A DNA stretch of 64,000 nt from Acidimicrobiales bacterium (GTDB taxonomy: Bacteria; Actinomycetota; Acidimicrobiia; Acidimicrobiales; RAAP-2). A program made the translations under genes and the position numbers. Where the stretch lies: positions 26,883 to 90,882 of the forward strand of contig DASZMA010000096.1 of the NCBI GenBank assembly GCA_035552095.1, in the 5' to 3' direction. Positions within the stretch are counted from its first letter, which is position 1; every line of letters starts with the position of its first letter. The notes under the pieces are model-generated. The model searched no databases. It worked only from the letters and a program-made list of their open reading frames with translations, and had not been told where the DNA came from. Shown here piece after piece: positions 53,819-61,572 of the stretch.

Positions 53819-55888
53819 CTACGCGCTCGGCGCAGCACGCGGCTCAACTTCGCCGAGTGTCCCGAGGTCGCTAGGTTGGCCGAGGACGTAGAGATGATCT
53901 CCCGCGGCGAACTCCGTGTCGCCGTTGGGAACGAATGTCTGGTTGCCTCGTGTGATCGAAGTGATCAGCAGACCCCGGGGCAACTCAGCGCATTGAAGCG
54001 ACTTCCCGACAATGGACGAGCTCGCCGGAATAGTCACCAGCGCCGTTCCGGCCAATGCGCCTAGCTCACTCACTCGCTCTGCACTGGCGGCCAACTCGGT
54101 TCGATAGGCACGGACGACATCGGAGATCGACAGCGTGCCGACCACTCGCCGCTCGCCATCGAGCACGGGCACCCACGACAGTGGTGCTTCGGTCAGGCTC
54201 TCCAACGCCACATCCAGCCTGCTGTTGATCGAGACCGTCGGGGCTCCGGCATCGGTCGAGTCATTGACCGAGCGGTGCGCTTCGCTCGATGTCAGCGTTG
54301 TACGCGCCACCGTGCCCTCGAAGCGACCGTTTAGATCAACCACGGGCGCACCATTGAGCCCGGCGCGGTCCATTGCGCCCTTGGCGTCAGTGCAGTCTCG
54401 GTTCGCCCTGAGCACCAATCGGGGATTGGCCATGGCCCGGGCGGTTGGGATCGCGGCGAGCATGGGAAGACCGGCCAGGAGACGCTGGGCCGGTGCGTCG
54501 GCCCGGCTCTTTAGCTGGCTGCGGTAAATAGTGTCGTCGCCCTGGCGGACGATGAGCCACGAGATGCCGACGGCCACCATGGCTGGAGTAATGATGGACA
54601 AACTGCCGGTCATTTCGGCCACCATCAACATGACGGCCAGTGGCGCTCGTGAGATGCCCCCGAAGCAGCTCATCATGCCGACGATCACATAGGGCGCCGG
54701 GCTGTGGCCCATGGAGGGGAAGACCGGCTCGAACAGGCGCCACACCGATGCACCGAGAAAGGCCCCGATCACCATGCCGGGTCCGAAGATGCCTCCCGAA
54801 CCGCCCGACCCAATGGAGAGTCCTGTGGCCACTATCCGGGCCAAGGGCAGGATCAAGACGATCCACAGCGGAATGGCCAGCAGTCCATGGCCCAGACTGT
54901 CTTGCACCCAGCCATAACCGGTGCCCAGCACCTCGGGGATGGCAATGCCGATGGTGCCTACCAGCACGCCTCCGATGGCCGGGTTGACCCAGCGGGGCCA
55001 CGGAAGGCGATGGAAGAGATCAACCATGCCGTAGAAGCTCTTGGCGTAGAGGAGACCCACCAGGCCGGCCAATAGGCCGATCAAGGCAAACCAAATCAGC
55101 TGTACCGGGTCGGTGAAGTGATAGCTCGACACGTAACCGAAGAGGGGCGAGAACCCTTCGACCGAACTGAAGACGACGTAACTGACCGCCGAGGCAATGA
55201 AGCAGGGCAACAGTGCGGCCGGTTCGAAGTCGTCGCGGTAGAGGATCTCTGAGGCGAGAACTGCGCCGCCCAAGGGTGCACCGAAGATGGCGCCGATGCC
55301 CGACCCCACACCGGTCGCCACCGCAATACGTCCGTCGGCCGGTTCGAGGTCCAACACCCGGGCCAGGAGGGACCCGAATCCGGCGCTGATCTGACCGGTC
55401 GGTCCTTCCCGTCCACCCGAACCACCAGACCCGATGGTGAGAGCCGAGGCGACGATTTTCACGACTATGGCTCGGAAGCGCACGCCACGGGGATTGTGAT
55501 GCACGGCAGAAATGGCCGCATCAGTGCCGTGACCTTCGGCCTCGGGGGCGAACCGGTAAACCAGCAGCGCGCCGAGAAGAGCCCCAATGCCGGCCACCAG
55601 GGGAAGAGCCCAGGGCCGGGCCGCTGCTGTCGACGCCTGGCGAGCGCCTTCGCCTACCGGTGTCGGCACGTGGTAGCCGGCGAGCCCGCTCAAGAAGAGG
55701 TGGGTGCTGAACGTCAGGGCCTCGTAGAAGACGATGGCGCCGACACCGGCCACAGCTCCAATGAGCACGCCGAGCACGGTCCACTTCTTGAGATACGAGG
55801 CCGCCGATACCCATCGGCCGGCGCGAGCGCTCAGTCCCCGGGCCCAGGTGGCCCTGGCCGAGTGAGGTGAGGTGGCGGACTCGCTCAC
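53819..55888 (-). CDS. ClC-family chloride channel/antiporter with C-terminal CBS pair and TrkA-C domain
   Basis: ClC motifs GGREGP, GSGIGAIFGAPLGG and GIFGPG. The C-terminal CBS-like region is followed by a TrkA_C-like ELPRGLLITSITRGNQTFVPNGDTEFAAGDHLYVLG. GTG 55888 gives a GTGA overlap with the marR stop (alternative GTG 55897). Confidence 0.85.
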   Translation of the reverse strand: MSESATSPHSARATWARGLSARAGRWVSAASYLKKWTVLGVLIGAVAGVGAIVFYEALTFSTHLFLSGLAGYHVPTPVGEGARQASTAAARPWALPLVAGIGALLGALLVYRFAPEAEGHGTDAAISAVHHNPRGVRFRAIVVKIVASALTIGSGGSGGREGPTGQISAGFGSLLARVLDLEPADGRIAVATGVGSGIGAIFGAPLGGAVLASEILYRDDFEPAALLPCFIASAVSYVVFSSVEGFSPLFGYVSSYHFTDPVQLIWFALIGLLAGLVGLLYAKSFYGMVDLFHRLPWPRWVNPAIGGVLVGTIGIAIPEVLGTGYGWVQDSLGHGLLAIPLWIVLILPLARIVATGLSIGSGGSGGIFGPGMVIGAFLGASVWRLFEPVFPSMGHSPAPYVIVGMMSCFGGISRAPLAVMLMVAEMTGSLSIITPAMVAVGISWLIVRQGDDTIYRSQLKSRADAPAQRLLAGLPMLAAIPTARAMANPRLVLRANRDCTDAKGAMDRAGLNGAPVVDLNGRFEGTVARTTLTSSEAHRSVNDSTDAGAPTVSINSRLDVALESLTEAPLSWVPVLDGERRVVGTLSISDVVRAYRTELAASAERVSELGALAGTALVTIPASSSIVGKSLQCAELPRGLLITSITRGNQTFVPNGDTEFAAGDHLYVLGQPSDLGTLGEVEPRAAPSA

Positions 55889-56373
55889 AGATCCCACCCG
55901 GCACTCCAGTCCTGTTCGGGCACCTCGCCCGCAGCCTCGGCCAACTGGCTGAGCGCGACAACGACCGAACGCTGCGTTTTGGTCGGAACAGCAGCCAACA
56001 GATTGGCGATCTCCTGTCGCCGGCGACCAGTAACTGCGTCGACGAGAACCTTGCCCAATGGTGTCAAGGCGATCTGCACCTGGCGGCGGTCATGGCGATC
56101 GGTTCGTCGGCGAACGAGCCCCTTCTTCACGAGCCGATCGCAGAGGCGCGACGCGGTGGGTGGGGTGACGGCCACCGCGTCGGCCAACTCGGCCATGCTC
56201 TGCGGCCCCTGCGAAGCCAGGACTACGAGCGAACGGTACTGAGTGAGGGTGACCTCCTCGCCGGCATCGGCTAACGAACGGGCAGCGATGGCCACGAGCA
56301 CCCGGCTGGCGCTGAGGACGGCATCGACCATCGATTCGTGGCCACCGTCCGTGGGCTTGGTCATTACATGCAT
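55885..56373 (-). CDS. MarR-family transcriptional regulator
   Basis: Winged HTH LTQYRSLVVLASQGPQSMAELADAVAVTPPTASRLCDRLVKKGLVRR...DRRQV. Confidence 0.85.
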   Translation of the reverse strand: MHVMTKPTDGGHESMVDAVLSASRVLVAIAARSLADAGEEVTLTQYRSLVVLASQGPQSMAELADAVAVTPPTASRLCDRLVKKGLVRRRTDRHDRRQVQIALTPLGKVLVDAVTGRRRQEIANLLAAVPTKTQRSVVVALSQLAEAAGEVPEQDWSAGWDL

Positions 56374-56465
56374 ATACTAACCATTACTTAGGACAACTAA
56401 ACCTTGCCTTCACGATGACAAGTAATTCGAGAATCCAATACCCTCTCCATGGGGGTCGGAACTGC

Positions 56466-57227
56466 ATGCCGGAGGAACCAATGACGCTCAACGCCATACA
56501 AGAGGAGTTGTGTCAACAGAGTCGCTGGGACTTCTCCGACTTACGAGCCCTGTTCATCAACTGCACGTTGAAACGATCCCCGGAGATCTCCAACACCGAG
56601 GGCCTCGCCGCCATCTCCATGGAGATCATGCGTCGCCAGGGAGTCTCAGTCGAGACTGTCAGGGCTATTGACCACGACATCGCCACCGGGGTCTGGCCCG
56701 ACATGACCGAACACGGTTGGGTTCGCGACGAGTGGCCTGCCATCACCGAGCAAGTGATGGCAGCCGACATATTGGTGTTGTGCACGCCGATCTGGTTGGG
56801 TGAGAAGTCATCGGTGTGCACCCAGATTATTGAGCGCCTCTATGGCAACTCGCACCTGCTTAACGAGTCAGGGCAGTACGCCTACTACGGCCGGGTTGGC
56901 GGGTGCCTGGTCACCGGCAACGAGGACGGCGTGAAGCATTGCGCCATGAACATCCTCTACTCACTGCAACACCTCGGGTATGTCATCCCACCCCAGGCCG
57001 ACGCCGGGTGGATCGGCGAGGCCGGTCCCGGCCCCTCCTACCTTGACCCCGGTTCGGGCGGGCCCGAGAACGACTTCACCAATCGCAACACCACCTTCAT
57101 GACGTGGAACCTGCTCCACTTGGCACGCCAGCTCAACGACGCAGGTGGCATTCCTGCCCACGGCAACCAGCGCTCGGCCTGGGATGCCGGGTGCCGCTTC
57201 GACTTCCCTAACCCCGAGCACCGCTGA
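56466..57227 (+). CDS. Flavodoxin-fold NAD(P)H-dependent FMN reductase-like protein
   Basis: ALFINCTLKRSP...ADILVLCTPIWLGEKSS matches the pattern of NADPH-dependent FMN reductase / flavodoxin_2 proteins. The start is uncertain (56466 or 56481). Confidence 0.65.
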   Translation: MPEEPMTLNAIQEELCQQSRWDFSDLRALFINCTLKRSPEISNTEGLAAISMEIMRRQGVSVETVRAIDHDIATGVWPDMTEHGWVRDEWPAITEQVMAADILVLCTPIWLGEKSSVCTQIIERLYGNSHLLNESGQYAYYGRVGGCLVTGNEDGVKHCAMNILYSLQHLGYVIPPQADAGWIGEAGPGPSYLDPGSGGPENDFTNRNTTFMTWNLLHLARQLNDAGGIPAHGNQRSAWDAGCRFDFPNPEHR

Positions 57228-57362
57228 CCCCTATCCGTCGGTAGCCTGCCCCGATCGGCCTGGCCATGGACGCACTGTTCCGGGCCGAGTCGGCCATGCA
57301 TCCTCCAAGCGAGCGGATGGTCCCGTGTGACTGAATCGGCGTCGTAGCTCCAAGCACCAGCG

Positions 57363-57394
57363 CGTCCGTCAATCGGGCGAACTCGATTGACGGA
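57363..57394. other. Perfect 12-bp inverted repeat GTCCGTCAATCG-N8-CGATTGACGGAC
   Basis: Read directly. It lies in the noncoding gap 3' of ssrA. Confidence 0.4.
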
Positions 57395-57399
57395 CAAAG

Positions 57400-57441
57400 C
57401 GAGCACCGCACAGTGGATGGAGAAAACCACCGTGCGGTGCT
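57400..57441. terminator. Long hairpin GAGCACCGCACAGTGG-N10-CCACCGTGCGGTGCTC (16-bp stem, one mismatch)
   Basis: Read directly. On the + strand it is followed after 14 nt by TTTTTT. On the - strand it lies 42 nt past the tmRNA CCA end. It is a candidate bidirectional terminator for the flavoprotein gene and ssrA. Confidence 0.45.
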
Positions 57442-57482
57442 CGCAATGGCAACAGCTTTTTTCGATTTCGATTTATGAAATC

Positions 57483-57830
57483 TGGTGGAGGTGGCGGGAA
57501 TCGAACCCGCGTCCTCCGGAGTCTCAACAGGCCTTCTCCGAGCGCAGCCAGCAAAAATTGTCGGGGGCAGCATCACTGCTGGCGGTTGAGCCGCCCCTTA
57601 TCCAACGAGGTGTCCTCTGTGGTCAGTTGGCGTGAGCCGCAGAGTAAGCCCTACTTAATGGCGCCCACATTCCGATCCATAGGGCTGAGACCGGGTGAAC
57701 GTCGCTACTTAAGCAGCGAGTGCGAGCTGAGGCTCGGCATTTATTTTTGGTTCCGGCTCTTTAACGTGGTTCCGGAGACCACGGCTCGCTTCTCCTACAT
57801 CAACGACCGAAGTCGAAGCCAATCACCCCC
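57483..57830 (-). ncRNA. ssrA: tmRNA (SsrA)
   Basis: The minus strand starts GGGGGTGATTGGCTTCGAC... and ends ...GGACGCGGGTTCGATTCCCGCCACCTCCACCA (acceptor/T-arm plus CCA). The internal tag ORF after CCAAAAATAAAT reads GCC GAG CCT CAG CTC GCA CTC GCT GCT TAA (AEPQLALAA). smpB is adjacent. Confidence 0.9.
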
Positions 57831-57884
57831 ATGGTTTGGGTTTCTCCACTGACCGTTCGGCCAGGTCCCCATTCTACGGGGTAT

Positions 57885-58409
57885 TCACGCCCCACCCCAC
57901 TGGTTCACTTCCTTAATGGCCCGGGAGGCCTCCCGCTCGGCGTCACGGGTCATGAGCAGTTGCCGCTTGTCGTAGAGGTGACGGCCCTTGGCCAGGGCGA
58001 TCTCGACTTTGGCCCGGCCATCCTTGAAGTAGAGCGAGACCGGGATCAGGGTGAGGGACTGCTGCTGGGTCTTGCCCAGCAGCTCGTCAATCTGGCTCCG
58101 GTGCAGCAGCAGCTTGCGCTTGCGGTCGGGGTCGTGGGCCCCGAACCCGGTGGCGAACTGCCAGGGCGGGATGTGCATCTGGAAGAGCCACATCTCGCCG
58201 CCGTCAACCCGGGCGTAGGCCTCGCTGAGCTGGGCTTTACCTTCGCGCAGTGACTTGACCTCGGAGCCCTGGAGCACAATGCCGGCTTCGAGGGTCTCCA
58301 AGAATTCGTACTCCCGGCGGGCGCGACGGTTGGTGGCGACCGTGCGGTCGCTCCCTCGCTCCTCCCGGGCGGCTGCCCGTTTGGCGATCTGCTTCTTCGC
58401 CCTGGCCAT
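57885..58409 (-). CDS. smpB: SsrA-binding protein SmpB
   Basis: ATNRRARREYEFLETLEAGIVLQGSEVKSLREGK is the canonical SmpB core. Start at ATG 58409; the track ORF is over-extended to 58769. Confidence 0.9.
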   Translation of the reverse strand: MARAKKQIAKRAAAREERGSDRTVATNRRARREYEFLETLEAGIVLQGSEVKSLREGKAQLSEAYARVDGGEMWLFQMHIPPWQFATGFGAHDPDRKRKLLLHRSQIDELLGKTQQQSLTLIPVSLYFKDGRAKVEIALAKGRHLYDKRQLLMTRDAEREASRAIKEVNQWGGA

Positions 58410-58433
58410 AGGGGTCGAGGGTACCCTGGCCCG

Positions 58434-58841
58434 GTGCTGCGCCTGACCAGGGAGATCTATTTCGAGATGGTGGGGCACTGCCTCTCGGGTCTGCCCGACG
58501 AGGCGTGCGGCCTCCTGGTGGGGCCCTACGGAGGGGAGGAGGCCGCCCATCTCTTCCCGACAGCCAACGCGGCGGCCTCGGCCCTGATCTACGAGATCGA
58601 CCCCAAGGAGATGCTCGGGGTCGACCGGGCGGCCCAGGCGCTGGGGGCCGACATCATGGGCGTCTTCCACTCCCACACCCACACCGACGCCTACCCCTCG
58701 CCGACCGACGTGGCCCAGGCGCTCGATCCGGGCTGGCACTACGTCCTGGTCTCGCTGCGCGACACCCACCCGGTGCTGCGCAGCTACCTGATCGTGGACG
58801 GGGTCATCACCGAGGAGCCGGTCGAGGTCCCCGGGCTCTAA
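58434..58841 (+). CDS. mec: JAMM/MPN+ metalloprotease, Mec-like (CysO C-terminal processing)
   Basis: JAMM motif HSHTHTDAYPSPTD plus the upstream EACG Glu. 135 aa. It precedes cysO-cysM, as in the M. tuberculosis Rv1334-1336 locus. Confidence 0.8.
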   Translation: MLRLTREIYFEMVGHCLSGLPDEACGLLVGPYGGEEAAHLFPTANAAASALIYEIDPKEMLGVDRAAQALGADIMGVFHSHTHTDAYPSPTDVAQALDPGWHYVLVSLRDTHPVLRSYLIVDGVITEEPVEVPGL

Positions 58842-58959
58842 CCGGGGCGGCGACCCTGGGGGCGGCGAGTCCGACCGGTCCCTGTAGAATCCTCACCAGA
58901 TCAGTCAACAATCACCTGACCAGCGCAAAGGGTCGGTGACGACCCAACGAGGAGGCCCC

Positions 58960-59235
58960 GTGGCCGTCGAAGTCCGCATACCGACCGTGCTGCGAAGCCA
59001 CACCGGCGGGGCATCCGTGGTGACCGTGGACGGGTCGACCATCAGCGAGGTGCTGGGCAAGCTGGTGGCGGAGCACCCGGGCATGGCGGGCCAGGTGGTG
59101 CAGGAGGACGGCTCCCTGCACAAGTTCGTCAATATCTACGTGAACGACGATGATGTGAGGTACCTGCAGGGCGTCGACACGCCCGTCCCCGACGGCGCCG
59201 AGGTCTCGATCCTGCCGGCCGTCGCCGGCGGCTGA
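58960..59235 (+). CDS. cysO: ThiS/MoaD-family sulfur carrier protein CysO
   Basis: It ends in ...SILPAVAGG. VRIPTVLRSHTGG and KFVNIYVNDDDVRY parallel M. tuberculosis CysO. GTG 58960 follows GAGGAGG (the track start at 58936 is an alternative). Confidence 0.85.
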   Translation: MAVEVRIPTVLRSHTGGASVVTVDGSTISEVLGKLVAEHPGMAGQVVQEDGSLHKFVNIYVNDDDVRYLQGVDTPVPDGAEVSILPAVAGG

Positions 59236-59267
59236 GTGGGCGGCGTGAGCGAGGGCGGCGGGGTCTG

Positions 59268-60236
59268 ATGGCGCTGTACCCCTCCGTGCTGGAGATGATC
59301 GGCAACACGCCCCTGGTCGAGATCAGTGAGCTGAGTCCCAATCCGGCGGCCCGGATCTACATCAAGCTGGAGGGGCAGAACCCCGGGGGATCGGTCAAGG
59401 ACCGGGTGGCCCTCTCGCTGATTGAGGCGGCCGAGCGGGACGGCGTGCTGGTGCCGGGCAAGCCGGACCAGATCCTCATGGAGCCCTCGTCGGGCAACAC
59501 CGGCATCGGCCTGGCCATGGTCTGCCGGGTCAAGGGGTACCACCTCAAGGTCGTCATGCCCACCAACGTGTCGATCGAGCGGCGCCAGCTGCTCGAGCTG
59601 TGGGGGGCTGAGATCATTGAGTCGCCGGGGTCGGAGGGTTCCAACGGGGCCGTGCGCATGGCCCAACGGCTGGCCGCCGAGCACCCCGAGTGGGCCTTCC
59701 TCTACCAGTACGGCAACCCGGCCAACCCCCAAGCGCACTACGAGGGGACGGGACCCGAGATCCTGCGTGACTGTCCCGGCGTGACCCACTTCGTGGCCGG
59801 CCTGGGGACCTCGGGGACGCTGCTGGGTGTGGGTCGCTACCTGCGGGAGAAGCTCGGTGACGCGGTGCAGATCTGGGCCGTGGAGCCGCCGTCGGGGGAG
59901 ATGGTGGACGGCTTGCGCAACCTCGACGACGGGTACATCCCACCGATCTTCGAGGAGTTGGGCGGAGCCGAACTGCTGGACCGCAAGACCGTGGTGCGGC
60001 CACGGGAGTCAATCGAGTGGACGCGGCGCTTGACCGACGTGGGTGTGTTCGCCGGCATTTCGACGGGGGCGGCGGTGGCCGGTGCGATCAAGTGCGCCGC
60101 CTCGCTCGAGCCGGGAGTGGAAGCGTCCATCGTCGTGGTCTCAGCCGACGGAGGGTGGAAGTACCTCTCGACCGGAGCCTGGACCGACGACCTGGACGAC
60201 GTGACCGAGCGGGCCAAGGGGATCATCTACTTCTAG
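59268..60236 (+). CDS. cysM: PLP-dependent cysteine synthase CysM (CysO-thiocarboxylate / O-phosphoserine dependent type)
   Basis: MIGNTPLVEI and the PLP-lysine context KLEGQNPGGSVKDR. 322 aa. Positioned right after cysO. Confidence 0.9.
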   Translation: MALYPSVLEMIGNTPLVEISELSPNPAARIYIKLEGQNPGGSVKDRVALSLIEAAERDGVLVPGKPDQILMEPSSGNTGIGLAMVCRVKGYHLKVVMPTNVSIERRQLLELWGAEIIESPGSEGSNGAVRMAQRLAAEHPEWAFLYQYGNPANPQAHYEGTGPEILRDCPGVTHFVAGLGTSGTLLGVGRYLREKLGDAVQIWAVEPPSGEMVDGLRNLDDGYIPPIFEELGGAELLDRKTVVRPRESIEWTRRLTDVGVFAGISTGAAVAGAIKCAASLEPGVEASIVVVSADGGWKYLSTGAWTDDLDDVTERAKGIIYF

Positions 60237-60298
60237 GTTTCTAAAGTTGGGGCGCGATTTTGCCGGGCCGATGTAGTCGGGTGCCGGCAGGAGACCGG

Positions 60299-60340
60299 GC
60301 CCGCTCGCTCTGGCCGAATGGGGCCAGAGAGCGAGCGGGC
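60299..60340. terminator. GC-rich hairpin GCCCGCTCGCTCTGGCC-loop-GGCCAGAGAGCGAGCGGGC between convergent cysM and csbD
   Basis: About a 17-bp stem with a 2-nt bulge, read directly. No clear U-tract, which is common in high-GC actinobacteria. Confidence 0.5.
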
Positions 60341-60351
60341 GGTACCGCGAT

Positions 60352-60546
60352 CTAATGCTTGAAGGCGTCCTTGACCTTGTCGCCGGCTTCCCGGACCTTC
60401 TCGCCCGCGTCCTTCAGCTCGCCCTTGACCTGGTCCAGCCTGCCTTCTGCCTCAAGGGAGCGGTCGTCGGTGACGCGGCCCGTGGTTTCCTTCATGTGGC
60501 CCTTCGTCGCTTGCGCCTTGTTCTTTGTTCTGTTGAAGAGTGACAT
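60352..60546 (-). CDS. CsbD-family stress-response protein
   Basis: 64 aa. KGHMKETTGRVTDDRSLEAEGRLDQVKGELKDAGEKVREAGDKVKDAF is the classic CsbD repeat pattern. Confidence 0.75.
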   Translation of the reverse strand: MSLFNRTKNKAQATKGHMKETTGRVTDDRSLEAEGRLDQVKGELKDAGEKVREAGDKVKDAFKH

Positions 60547-60649
60547 TGTCAATCCTTGCGCTAGTGGACTTTGTGTTATACCCACTTGGCCGCGGGTCAA
60601 CCCAGCACCACGTCAGAGGGGTGGCCACGGAGCGGTGGCAACATGGGGC

Positions 60650-61552
60650 ATGGCCGGCGCGTTGACATTGGAATGGTTCGGGTGCACCACCTTCCGGCTG
60701 CAGGTCGATGGGCTGACCATCTGGCTTGACACCTTCCTGGACCGGGTGGCCGCGGCGCCGGCAGTCGGGCTCACCGTGGCCGAGGTGACGGAAGCCGACT
60801 TCGTCTTCATCAGCCACTGCCACTTCGATCACATTCTCGGCGCCAACGTGGTGGCCCGGAACACTGGCGCCAATATCGTCGGCTCCTACGAAGCGATGCG
60901 CCTGATGAACGAGGGCGGGGTGCCGGCGGCGCAGCAGTGGCCGGTGTCGGGCGGCGAGGTGGTCGACTGCGGCCACGGCGTGACGGTCAGCGTCTATCCC
61001 AGCATCCACTCGTGCCTGTTCGCCGCCAACGATCCCGACTCGGGTGGGTGCTGCCTCGGTGACCTGGGGGTGTCCCTGCAGGAGCGCCGGGCCCGGATGG
61101 ACCCGTTGTTCACGCTGATGCGCGACCCCGATGTGATGGACCCGGAGCTCTTCGGGTACATGAACCATCCGATCGGACCCATCTCGGACCTGGACGGCGG
61201 CCAGCTGATCTATCTGATCACGACGCCGTACGGGTCGATCCTTTGGAGCGCCAGCTCGGGGTGCTGGACGCCGATTCTGCGCCAGCTCCGTCCCGACGTC
61301 GCCCTCCTGGCCGTGGCCGGCCGACCCAACGTCGACGGCGAGCCCTTCCAGGGGACCATGGCCGAGTTCATCGTGCGCCAGGTCGAGATGCTGCGGCCGC
61401 GCACCGTCATCTTCTGCCATCACGACGCTTTCCTGCCCCCGTTCATGAACGGCACCAACGTGGAAGCCGCTGCGGCCGCGCTCGGTGACCGCACGCCCTG
61501 GGCCCAGCTGGTCACGCTGCGCTACGGCGATCCGGTGGCGATTCTCGGCTGA
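60650..61552 (+). CDS. MBL-fold metallo-hydrolase
   Basis: HxHxDH motif (ISHCHFDH). 300 aa from ATG 60650. The track ORF is over-extended antisense through csbD. Confidence 0.75.
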   Translation: MAGALTLEWFGCTTFRLQVDGLTIWLDTFLDRVAAAPAVGLTVAEVTEADFVFISHCHFDHILGANVVARNTGANIVGSYEAMRLMNEGGVPAAQQWPVSGGEVVDCGHGVTVSVYPSIHSCLFAANDPDSGGCCLGDLGVSLQERRARMDPLFTLMRDPDVMDPELFGYMNHPIGPISDLDGGQLIYLITTPYGSILWSASSGCWTPILRQLRPDVALLAVAGRPNVDGEPFQGTMAEFIVRQVEMLRPRTVIFCHHDAFLPPFMNGTNVEAAAAALGDRTPWAQLVTLRYGDPVAILG

Positions 61553-61572
61553 GCGGTACGGCCGGCCGACGT

